From Flaccisagitta enflata (Eukaryota), in contig OZ231126.1 of assembly GCA_965153355.1 (NCBI GenBank), positions 42,346,001 through 42,410,000 on the forward strand: a stretch of DNA of 64,000 bases. Direction: 5' to 3'. A model generated the notes under the pieces. That model did no database searches. It worked only from the letters and a program-made list of their open reading frames with translations, and had not been told where the DNA came from. The position numbers and the translations under genes are program-made. Positions 45,001-56,700 of the stretch are shown here, in pieces (position 1 is the first letter of the stretch; each line of letters starts with the position of its first letter).

Positions 45001-46605
45001 AAATGCTGGAAGAGTGGAGGAGGACGATGATTCCCCGCCGGATAGTGACGTCATGGACAGTATCACACTGCCACGTTTTTCCGGAAGTCGTTTGGAGTTC
45101 GTGCGTCGCCTTCAAGCCGGCGACGATATTCTCGATCGTTGCCGAGACTTTTTGATGGGGACGACGCCGCTTCCCAACAAGGCCGAGGCTTTGTTATTAT
45201 CGGCGCCGCTGCAGGACTTCTTACGCCATCGTTCGCTTTTCCGACTGACAGACCAAAACATTTTAATCAGATTTTGGTTAAATCCGTTGGGTATCGTTGA
45301 CCCACTTATCATGGTGGGATCTAATGAATTTTTGAAGCTTGTCGGCGAAACTCATTCATTCAACTCAACATCATCATCCGGTCACATTGGTCAAAGAAAG
45401 ACCATGGATTCTCTCAAAAGACAGTACTATTCTTTCAACATGAGGCGGGTGATCAATTCTTACGTCCGTTCATGTCCCCAATGTGTGTTAAACAACCATC
45501 CCACCTGTAGGAAGGAAGACGATGGCAACAAAATCGCGACTGAGCCTTTATCGACCGTTGAAGTGGACGTGTGTGGCCCGTGGAACAATTTCAAGACCAC
45601 TTCCGGCCGAACGCCGTCATACTTTGTCGCAATTGACGCGGCGTCTCGATTTGCATTCACGTCAACGATATATTCGACCTCTGACGCCGAAATTCTTCGT
45701 TGTTTTCTCGATATGCGTCGCCATTTCTCCGGACTTCCTTCTAAAATACAATGCGATAACGGGTTGTTGAAAGAAAACTCACGCGCAAAACAATTTCTGA
45801 TTTCACACCACGTTTCAATCACACATGGACACGCGTACGTCAGCAGATCACAGTCTCGTGCTGAAAAAACTATCGGCACTATTTCTTGTCTCATCGTTAA
45901 ATACAGTACCGAGTGTCCAAAAATCGCTTTTCCCCGTCTGTTAGAGGAATCCACGCTCACCTATAACGCATCTCCATGTGACGCTCTCCCATGAATCTTT
46001 CCCCATTGATTTCTTCTATGTGCGTCCTCCAACTTTTCTTCGTTCTGCATCTCGACGAGGCCGCGACGGGCGCCGCCAAATCGCCGATCGACTGCGCTGC
46101 TACAATGCAGCCGGCGCCGTCTCTCCAAAACGACGTGGCTGCGCTCATCCGGCGACAGAAAAAACGATCTCCGACGAACTACACGCGCCGCCTCAAAAGC
46201 GGTGATTGCGTCTTAAAGAAACGCTCTGTGTGGCCTGTCGGAACGCCGAAGAAATACGGCCACAGAGTGGTTGTGGACGGATTTGTGGTGGAAGAACGAG
46301 TCGCCACAAATGCCTTTAAGGTTCGAAGTGTCGTGACGGGTGAACATCAAATTCTCCCAGGTGACGTGTTGATCAAAACTAAACTCACTGAAGATGAGTT
46401 ACGTCGCCTCGCGGACTCAATGAATGTAAGTTTGGAACTGAGTGAGCCAGAGATTGAGCCAGCTTTAACGCGTTCTCGTGCCAGGGCATTGAATAATGAT
46501 GCCTCGGTGAATTCCGTCGAAAAACTTTTCATCCATCATAGTGGAAAAAACAATTATAGTCTCGATTCACTTGTTGATTTTGGAATCTCTGATTTGTGGG
46601 TTTAG
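42040..46605 (+). pseudogene. pol: Gypsy pol (protease remnant, RT, RNase H, integrase, GPY/F-like tail) split by several frameshifts
   Basis: PR flap VKGFDG and IIGNDIL. RT ASPLHLV, RVTADQRQLN, LSQGLKLSP, FIDD. RNase H LWTDAS, LELIS, VVDS. IN H..GHIG...CPQC, VDVCGP, QCDNG, SQSRAE. Tail LKSGDCVL...GFVVEERV. Confidence 0.9.
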
Positions 46606-46755
46606 TCTATTTTTCCATATGATGATCAATTTTGAGTTTATAGGAAAGATGATTTTTTATTTTTTTTGGTTTTTTGTATTTTTTTAAGAAGTACAAAGTA
46701 GAAAGAAAATGAATAACCATGATCATTTTACCATAAACTCGGATTACCCCTATAT

Positions 46756-47130
46756 TTATATCCACACACTTCTTGCGGGCGCATCATATCCTCCATTTCT
46801 GCATTCTCGCATCTCTATAATTTCATCATCTGTGAAATTGCGCGGGATACCATTGCGGGGTGGAAGTTGTGGTGGTGCACCGTGACCTCTGTTCCTTATC
46901 CTTTCTATCATCGTTGAGAGTAAATCTTGCCCATGGCTCAGCAGGCGACGAGCCAGGACGGGATTTTTTATCCCAATGATGATACAAATGACCAACAGGA
47001 CAGCGGCCGCGACACTACCCACAACCTCTTCCAACCACCAAGGGTACCCAGGGTTATCATGGGCCTGCTCCATTGGGCTATTCTCGGTCGCTGAGGGGGA
47101 ATAGTTCCAATAGGTCTCATTATAACCCAT
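46756..47130 (-). CDS. 124-aa single-pass membrane protein with FAST-fusogen-like architecture
   Basis: CAAAATGG start, MGxxxT, ~35-aa ectodomain, TM VVGSVAAAVLLVICIIIGI, amphipathic/basic segment, PQLPPR, YDAP. Upstream acceptor TTTTCTTTTAG| at 47210. Minus-strand AATAAA at 46656-46661. Confidence 0.7.
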   Translation of the reverse strand: MGYNETYWNYSPSATENSPMEQAHDNPGYPWWLEEVVGSVAAAVLLVICIIIGIKNPVLARRLLSHGQDLLSTMIERIRNRGHGAPPQLPPRNGIPRNFTDDEIIEMRECRNGGYDAPARSVWI

Positions 47131-47770
47131 TTTGCACGTAATTTCACAGTCAAGTGTGCAGATATAAATTCCTTAATAGACGGGACAGCGACCACCCACC
47201 TTTAAATTTCTAAAAGAAAAGATTTTTAAACACTCAAACCCCCGAGAGAAACGAAACAAAAGGTGGAAACTAAAATTTTAAAAATGATAAAAACTTGCTT
47301 TTGCTGTAAAGAAATGATTAATCGAGTTATGTCATGTACAGAATTCTTTTATTTGCGATAATTCATTATACGCGGGTACAGTCTCACAAAAACTCTATCT
47401 GACTGTATCTACAATTTAATTGCCTTCTGTCTAAGTGTCTCGGTCTCTCACAAACAATTTTCATGACTGGAACACTTTATTGTACATATTCGTTATTAAC
47501 GAGTCTCTTATTCGCGGCGATTCGTTATATCAGTTTCTCGCTGTATTCTAGTTTTTCTCTTTTTGACGTTCTTAAAGTTGCCCTCACTCACTATGTGTCT
47601 GTTATGAAGCGCGCGCCGATCCTTTTTCTCTCCACTCCTCAATTGCCCAATTTCGTTGTCAGCGCGCCTTTTGTTTCCATCCGACGCATCCATCTCCACT
47701 TTCGCCTTTTTGCGCAGAATGCTGATTTTGCGTCCATTTTGCGCATAAGTCGCGGGCCTTTTGTTTCCGT

Positions 47771-50700
47771 CTAAACTCGGTTCCTCCCATCGTCTCGATC
47801 GTCGTCGTCGTTTCTGTCGCGTCGAGGGCCTGGGAATAAAATGTAGTATACGTTTTTTTTTGAGCGGTGGTCGCTGGATATTTGCGTTAGCTCTCTCTCT
47901 CTCTCTCTCTCCTCCTCTCTCTCTCCCTCTCTCTCTCCTCTCTCTCCTCTCTCTCTTTCTCTCTCTCCTCTCTCTCTCCCTCTCTCTCTCCTCTCTCTCT
48001 CCTCTCTCTCTCCTCTCTCTCTCCTCTCTCTCTCCCTCTCTCTCCCCTCTCTCTCTCCTCCCTCTCTTCCTCTCTCTCTCCCCCTCTCTCTCCCTCTCTT
48101 TCTCCCCTCTCTCCCTCGTTTTCATCTCAATTTTTGGTTGAATTTTTCAACGCTTTTTCTAAATATTATCCATTTCAGTTCCGTTTTCATTTTCTCACGA
48201 ACTGAAAAATATTAACCACTGTTTCCCCGCCGGAAATATTTACTCATGTTCTATTTTGTCAATGACAAAAATATTATTCTGCACACTTTTTTTCCAAAAA
48301 TATTACTCAAAAATATTAACCGTATTCACAAATATTATACTATAGTTACATCCGGATTCCCTTTCTGCGCAATTTTACCCCTCTTTCTCCACCCCTCTTC
48401 CCCCCACTCTGCTTTGCGGAAGTCAAAAATCAAGAAAGGGTGCTGTTAGAAATGTATGTCCGTCCGTTTTTTAAGTATGTGTGCTTTGTCTCTTTTGCGT
48501 GCTTTTGACTTTTCCTCTTTCTCGATTATTCAATGCCCGCGTCTTTTGTTTCTCGCCATTTTTTATATTGAACGCTAAATGGGTAACCATATGGTTGCGC
48601 CTTGTATTTTGTGCCATTTGTTTTTATTACGTAGGCGAATATACGTAACTCGTCTTTCGTATCATCCAATTTTTGGATTGATTGATTTTATTTATTTACG
48701 GCATTGCTTCTTAAAGTGATTGATTGATTTTTCGTGATCGTTTGAATGCGCCCTTGGAATTCACTAATTTCAATAATCTCTCATCTTTTTATTGCAGATA
48801 AACTAATGAACGGACAATTAACGTTAGTTTGACTTCGACAGACTGTGGGTTGAAACCAACGAAAGTGGGCCTAAAAGTAAGTTTTATAGACGCGTTTTTG
48901 CTTTTATTAACGTTGTTTTTATCTTGTTTTCCGGTCTGTTATTTTTATCTTTTGCCCTTTTGCATTTTTATCGCCGGATTTTAGTATGGTTTTTATCGCT
49001 TGCCCGATCAGCTTGCTATAGGGATGATATGGATGAATTTAATGGGATGGGCCGGGGCAGGGGCAGGTATTATCAGGTGGCATGGGCTCTGAAGAAGATG
49101 AACATGTTGTCATGTGCTGTTTCTGTCCTTTATTGTGTCCTATCTCGATTTCATGTTATCTTTTGCGTTTGCTGATCACAATTAACGCCCACTTTCCCTT
49201 TCATTTTTCCCCCTCTCTTCAGTTGTTGAAATTTTTATGGAATAAACGAGACGATCGCCTTCCTATTTTCCAATCGGACAACTTTCTTTCACCACAAGTC
49301 GTCAGTCAGATAGACGCTCATAGACAGTGCCAGTTGAAACTCGTGGGCGTAATTATATTTCAACAATTTAAAACACGACTCGACTCTTTCCATCTTCGAC
49401 CTCCGAAAACGAAATTGGACATAGCCGCGCGAGCGACGACACCGCTCGACTGCCTAACGTCATCTCGTGTATCTCACTTCGGTTTGAATCAGTGTCCGAG
49501 GTCGAACCGTTTACGCGCAATGAGGAATGACATCACTGCGGAAATGGAAGGATGCCGGCGCCTTTTCGACGCCGTTGCTTGCGCCGAAGGGACGAATGAC
49601 TTCGACACGCCGCCTGTGAATCAGATGGCGCTCGACACGGCCTTCGGGATATGGTTACGACTTTATATCATGCAAGGCAAATGGCGCTCGACTTCGTGCC
49701 CGGCGACCCTCTTCGATTCGTGCGTCTACTTTGCGTCGAATCCGGCGCGAATGGGACTCCATGCGTTTCTTTGATCGTGAGAACTATCCAGAGGGTTTTC
49801 CTTCCAACGCCGACATCGTGAACGCAGTGCATAACGACATCGGGAATCGCAAAAGACCCGTCAATGAATTCTCATGGAACAGTCTCCCAACTGATACTCA
49901 CGCCGCCCGTGACAATGTTACCGGCGCTCCGACTCCAAGGATGCGAACGTCTTCGCCAAACCCCGACGGATCCGAGTATCTACCACTTCCGGTCCCGCGA
50001 CATGGTGCGCAATCTCCAACTGGCGGCCAATTTTTAAATCTGCCGCCGATCCAAAGAGGAGATGCCGTCAATCAATGGGTATCAGATTTGGTCTCGGAAA
50101 TTGAACCTGCGCGTGCGTCTCCGATGGAGCAAGCTGACGACATGCTTGCGGATCTCGACGACGCCGACGCTCTCGCAAGAGGCCGCGGGATCATCAACGG
50201 ATTGACGCCGCAGGAGAGGGCGAGGCGACGCTTCGCCAACAGGAGTGCTGAGAGAGACAGATGGGGTAGGCAGTTGGAGGAGGAAATGCGACAAGGCCGT
50301 CGGCTGATTGACGATATGCAGCAGCAACAACGGGAGGAGGAGCAGCGACAGCAACAGGAGCAACAGCAGCAGCATCAATTGCAGATGCAGCAGCAGCAAC
50401 TCCAACAGCAACGTCAACTCCACCGACCACAGGAGCAGCAGCAAACGACGGCTCAGCGGCAGCAGCAAGAGCTGTTGCAGCAGCAGCAGTTGCAGCAACT
50501 CCAACAATTTTGTCAACAAGATCAACAACAACATCAGATCCTGCAGCCGGCGCCACAACCTGTGGCTCAACAACAGCAACAATACGATCAACAGCAGCAA
50601 CAGCAGCAACAGCAACAACAACAAGAGCTGCGACAACATCAAACGGCAATGCAGCCGCACGAACAACAACAACAGCGGCAAAACGATGCAGGAGAACATA

Positions 50701-53700
50701 GCAACAGCAACAACAGCAGCAACAGCAACCTTCCGCCGCGATCCCAGCGGTGGTAGTGGATCCTCCAGCTTCAAATAACCATCCTGTCGAAAGCATGAAC
50801 GTCAGTGAGGAGACAGAAGAAGAGAGACAGCAACGCCTTGCAGATCAACGTCTGCGCATGATGGCTGAAGGTGAAGGTGGTGGTGCAGCAACAGCTCCAA
50901 AGGCGCCGATCGCGGTGCCATTGGGATTCCAACAGCGAAGCTCATCACAAGAAGACAAAGAGTTATACGACAGAATGTGTAACTTTCGCCAGCAGCAGCA
51001 ACGAGATGAAGATAGAAGAGCAGGAGTATTCAACAATGCGGCAGAAATGCAACGAAAGCACTGGAATAGCCTGAACGACGGCGGCATTGGTGGAGCTTTA
51101 GAGCAGCGGGATGTGAAGCTTAGACAACTGTCTGAGCTGGACCAGCAGCAGCCGCAGCATCCGCCAAAAGACCGTCGATCTATCTTCAGAAATTTCAATC
51201 CGGGATTGTTCAATTCGAACATACAGCAACGTCATGCGCAGTCAGTGGAAACGTCCGTCAAGCAGCCGATGCAGCAGCAGCAACAGTTGGAGCAGCAGCA
51301 GCAGCAAGGACAACGTCAGCGTCAACTGCAGCAGCAGAACGAACAGCAACAGCGTCCTGACCAGCAACAGCAGCTTCAACATCAACAGTGGCAGCAGCAA
51401 CGGCTTCAACAACAGCAACAGCATCAGGATCAGCATCATCAAACCCCAGCAGCAACGATTCTCCCTACCGCACCGGAAGTGATCTTCGAAGCAGATTGGT
51501 TCTGCTAGAAGGGAGACTGGTCTTCCCCATCAAGAGGAAAAGGTCTTCAACACAGCCGGAAGCGGAGGTGATGCAACGGAGGCGATGCGCAGGAGGCAGA
51601 AGCAGGAGGCCGCTGACGCGAAGTTGGCACAGCAGCTGCAAGATAAAGAGAGAAGAAAAGTCGCTCCCAAGAAGACAATGAATGGATTGCAGCCGAAGGC
51701 GCCGAAAGTAGCGCAAGCGCCTCTAGCAACGCCTCAAGCGGAAGTCATCCAGCAGAATCAACGTTTGCAGCAGGAAGTGGATAGTTTGAAGATGCAGATT
51801 CAGCAGAGAGACTTTGACCTTGCCGCAGCGAGAGCAGAAGAAAAACAACGTAAAGAAGAACAACAGCGACAGTACGTCCGCCAAGATTTTGATGCTCCCC
51901 GATTCCATCAAGATGATCGTCAACAACAAATGAATCAGCAAAAGGAAGTTGGGTGGAGTGTAAAAACCACCAAAAAGAGATCTCCGGTAAAAGTCGGGGG
52001 TCAATACGCCTTTCGTCCAACAACCCCCAGCGTATCATCAAGTGGAGCATCATCAAGTAGCCCGTCAACCGGAAGTCCACGTTCAGATGCCCAACAATCC
52101 GGCTCTGGACAGGTTTTTGGAAAGAGCGACGTACAATGATCTCATGCGAGCAAGGGAGGTCGGCCTCAAAGCGTTGGAGAGAGCAAGACCTGAGAAGCCT
52201 CTGCAGGAGCTTTCATCCACCGACTTCATGATGTGGAAGAGGAAGTTCAAAGATGCTGAGAAGCATGAAGGCTTGACGCAAATGGACATCTTATTGGAAT
52301 TGCCTAAGTGGTTTGCTGGTCCGGCAAAAGAGATCATTGAAACTGCGACGATTGATGCAACTGAAGCGACAGCAAGAGGAGAGATTGACGACGCCTTCGC
52401 AAAAATGGACGTCGTCTTTATGGCAAGGCGCTGCAACATTGCGGCGCTGTTCAACGAAATCGTCGCGGAGGCGAAGATCCAGTCGGCCGACCATGCAAGG
52501 CATTTCAATTTGTCTGCAAGGTTGCAAAAGGCAAAGAAGATTGCGAGGACCTGTGGAGAAGTGCAACAATGCTATCGTGACGAGCTGCTGCAGGAGATCC
52601 TCAACAAGAGGGTCCCTCATCTTGCAGATAAATTCTGGGAAAAGCAACATGAAGCAGCCCAAAATGGACAATTATTTTCATTCGACAACTTGGTCAATAT
52701 GATCGAGACATGGGCGGTGATTCAGCGCAACAAAGGCGCAAGCTGCAAAACAGCATCAGTGGCAGCAGTCGCAACTAAAGAGAAAGAAGCGCCATCATCA
52801 TATGAAGATGCTTTGACCAATGGCAAGCAAAAGACGCAGTCGACGGACCGCTGCAACGTCTGCAGTGGAATGCATCAAACAGAAGACTGTCATCAGCTAT
52901 TAGAGTTGGAAGTGGACGCGAGAGTTCAAAAGATCATGTCTCGTCGTCTCTGCTTCCACTGCCTCGCGCCAGGACACAACGCCAAAGGATGCGCGAACAG
53001 ACCGACTTGCCAAACCTGCAAGAAGCGGCACGCAACGATTCTCCACGGGCGCACCTACAAGAAAGAAGAAAAGGAAGAGAAGAAAGGAGAAAATAAGCAG
53101 GGAAATAAAGTACCGCTGGCTCCCTTCAAAAAGTCAGAGGATGCGGCTGCAGCAGCACCAACAGCTCCGTCGACGACGGAGGCAGCCGATCCAACGGAAA
53201 TCATCTCTCCTAACGCCACGGCATGACTGGCGGCGACGGCAACGTCGCGGTCCGTCTCTTCATTCGACGACGTTGTCCGTCCGATCGTTCCAGTGACTAT
53301 CATAAACAATTCTTCGGGTGCGCAGAGGACGATATACGCTATGATCGACTCAGGCGCTGATCGCGACGTGATCAGTACCAGTGTCATTCGCAGTCTTCTG
53401 ATTCCAACAAAAACAGTGCAAATGACGGTGATTACTGTGGGAAGTCATGTTGTTGAGGATCGTTTCATCGCATCATTCACCATGCAATCGGTCGACGAGG
53501 AATACGTCGTCGACGTCAACGACGCGTTGGTGGGTGATTTGTTAACGAGTGAACGCGACATTCCTCCTTTTCTCCGCGACCTATCTGACCAACCTCACAT
53601 CAAAGGCGTAAAATTTCCAGAAGCTGAAGGCGGTGTGATGATGATCATCGGAGCGGCGCATGCGGATGCCGCCGTCGCTCAAGAAATCCGCCGAGGGCCT

Positions 53701-56700
53701 TCAGGATCTTTGACTTGCTTCAGATGTCTATTCGGTTGGACTGTATGTGGAAAAACGGGGAAGAGAGGACGAGATATTGCATCGATCAACGCTATCGCGA
53801 CGGATGACCGCGTTCTCAACGACAGCATCGATCGCATCCTCGACAATCGCGTCCTCAACAGCAACATTGACCGCATCTTCTACCATGACTTTGCATCGTC
53901 AATCGTCTCGCAAGAGGAGATGGGTGATTCCCTGGAAAACATCAGAGCGTGCAAAATGTTAGAGGAAAAGACTTATTTTTGCCCAATTGTGGGAAAATAT
54001 TTCGCTCCCGTCACATGGAAATTTCATCACGACAAAATCATGGAAATTCTGAGAAGAGTGAAATCACGACCGACTGCGATGAAGCGGCTCGGTAACCAAC
54101 GTTTTCGCTTCAAGCGTGATCCAGCCTTCAAAGAAAGAGTCTTCCGTGAAATCGAGAAGTTTTACGAGACGGGAGTGGCGGTTGAGATTGACAGCGTCGA
54201 CGACGACGACGGCATTGAGAAGCCGCGCTGGTACTTGCCGCTTCATATTGTTGAATTGCGCGGCAAAACGCGCGTATGTCACGATGCGCGTGCGGCGACC
54301 GACGGGATCTCACTCAATGATTTGCTCGTCGGAGGTCCAAACTTGATGAACAGCTTGATGGACATCCTCATGCGTTTTCGTCAGTGGAAGATCGCCTTTA
54401 TGTGTGATATAAAGGCGTTCTTCCACCAGATCCGCGTCCATCCTGACGACGCTGATCTGTTCAGATTCTTTTGGTTCAAAGACCGTACTCTACGAGAAGC
54501 CATTTTGAATCTGTTCTTATCACATGTCTTCGGCAGCCAATCCAGCTCATTCGTCACGTCTTTCACCGTCAGAAAGCATGCTGAAGTAATCCGGCCCAAA
54601 TATCCCTACAACGTCTACGATCTTATTCGCTTCGGCTTCTACGTCGACGACGGAAGTGGGGGTGGGGATTCGGTCGACGAAGCACTGCAGTTGAAGGTGG
54701 ATGCAGTGGCGGCGATGGCTGAAGGCGGGATGGATCTTGTGAAGTGGAAAAGTAATGCGCGGCAGTTGATGGATGGAGATCCGAACGTGCCAATTCCCAT
54801 CTCAGATAAGCAAGATGATGCGCCGACGAAGGTGTTGGGCGTCTCATGGCTTCCGGCGGAAGACGTCTTCATCTTCATCTGCGACGAGGAATTCAAAACT
54901 CTTAGAGCAAAAACACCTCGTCAATTGGTCTCCATGCAAGCTAAACTTTATGATCCATTGGGATTTTGGAGCCCAAGCGCATACATCGGCAGACGACATC
55001 TTCAACTCTGTCGTCCACAGGAAGTGGGATGGGATTCGCCCTTGGAAGAGAGCGTCGAGGAATCCTTCTTCCGCTACACTTCGTCTTGGCCTCTTCTACA
55101 ACAATACCGAATTGAACGCTGGTGGAATGGCGGCGTCGACAATAGTGACATTGCGGAAATAACAATTGAGATCTTTTGCGATGCGGCTCCAAAAGGCGGA
55201 TATGGAGCAGTTGCATATCGACGTCAAATCAATCGAGATGGAGATGTTCACATTTCATTCATCGCCTCCAAATCCCACGTCATTCCACTTAATCCCAAAC
55301 GTGCTTCTCATCACAACAGCGTTCCACGCGTCGAGATTGTATCCGCAGAAAAAGCAGTGCAGCTCAAACGCTTCGTCGGAAGGACCATCGAATTGGACAA
55401 TCTTGTCGTCAGATTTTGGTCTGATTCTGAATCTGCACTGAAGATGATTTACAATCCGGCGAAACCAAGGCCTGTATTTTTCGCCAATCGTCTCTCCAAG
55501 ATCCATAGCGGGTCTGATCCTCAGCAGTGGCGCTGGGTTGATTCGTCAAATAACCCGGCGGACCACTGTAGCAGAGGCATCCAGGCCCATGAAGCCGAAA
55601 AATGGCGTCAATTCCATCACGGTCCTGCATTTTTGCGTCTTCCCGAAGATCAATGGCCAAAGACGAACATCGCGACGTGCCCTATTTCTGCACAAGTCGC
55701 CGCATTGTATGTGGCTGAAAGTGAAAAGAAACAAGTGGCTGACGCGATACTTCTTGCAGCAGCTTCTCGGGGAAAATGGATGCATAAGTTGCGGATCATC
55801 GGCATGGTTCTTATCGCAGTCAAAAGGTGGAGAGCGTATCCAAGGGCGAAGACACGAGCAGCAAAGGATCTCCTTCCTAAACCGGAAGTGACGCAAGACG
55901 TTTTGGAGGAGGCGCGCAAACAGCTCGTCAAGTCAATGCAGCGGCATCATTATTCAGACGTCTTCGAACAATTGGAGTTGGGAAAAGTCTTTAAACCAGA
56001 AAGCCGTCATGACTTCATCATAAAAATAAAGAGATGCGGAATTTGAATCCTTTCGACGACGACGGTATCGTCGCGTCGGTAGTCGATTAAACGCCGACAT
56101 CGCACATGACGCTAAATTTCCCTTCATCCTGCCGCCAAAAGACGAGAATGTGAAATCATTGATTCGCCATTATCATCACAATGATTTTCACGCGGGTGCA
56201 AAGCATACATTGTGCCAATTACGCCAATTTGTGTGGATTACAAAAGGTCTTCAGGCTGTCAAGAGCGTCGTCAACACGTGCTTCAGATGCCAGAAGAACT
56301 TTAAAAAGAACGCAAATCAGCAAATGGCCAATCTTCCATCAAATCGCGTCAATCCTGCGCCTGTCTTTGCAGAGACTGGATTGGATGTCATGGGGCATTT
56401 CCTAGTTAAGATGAACGGGCGTGCTGATCATAAGGTGTGGATCGCAGTGTTCACCTGTTTCGTGTCACGCGCCGTCCATGTGGAATTGCTCTTCAACATG
56501 TCAGCCGATGCGATGGTAAATGCAATCATCCGCTTTGCAGCAAGGCGCCCAGGAATCCGCCGTTTCACTTCAGATTGCGGGACGAATCTAGTTGGCGCCA
56601 ATAATATCCTCAAGAAGGAAATGGAAGCTTGGAACCGCTCGTCAACTCCCGAATTGCAGCGGCGCGGCCTTCGGTGGGATTTCATCACGCCGAGAACACC

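Larger units (their letters stand above)
39240..46605 (+). mobile_element. Ty3/Gypsy (Metaviridae-type) retrotransposon internal region, frameshifted; no LTR pair found and boundaries uncertain
   Basis: Domain order gag-PR-RT-RH-IN; see the component features. Confidence 0.9.

Noticed and set aside
48924-49175. Identical 83-aa hydrophobic ORF at 48924 and 61280
   Set aside because: Duplicated only because it lies in the LTR; TTG start and T-rich composition explain the hydrophobicity
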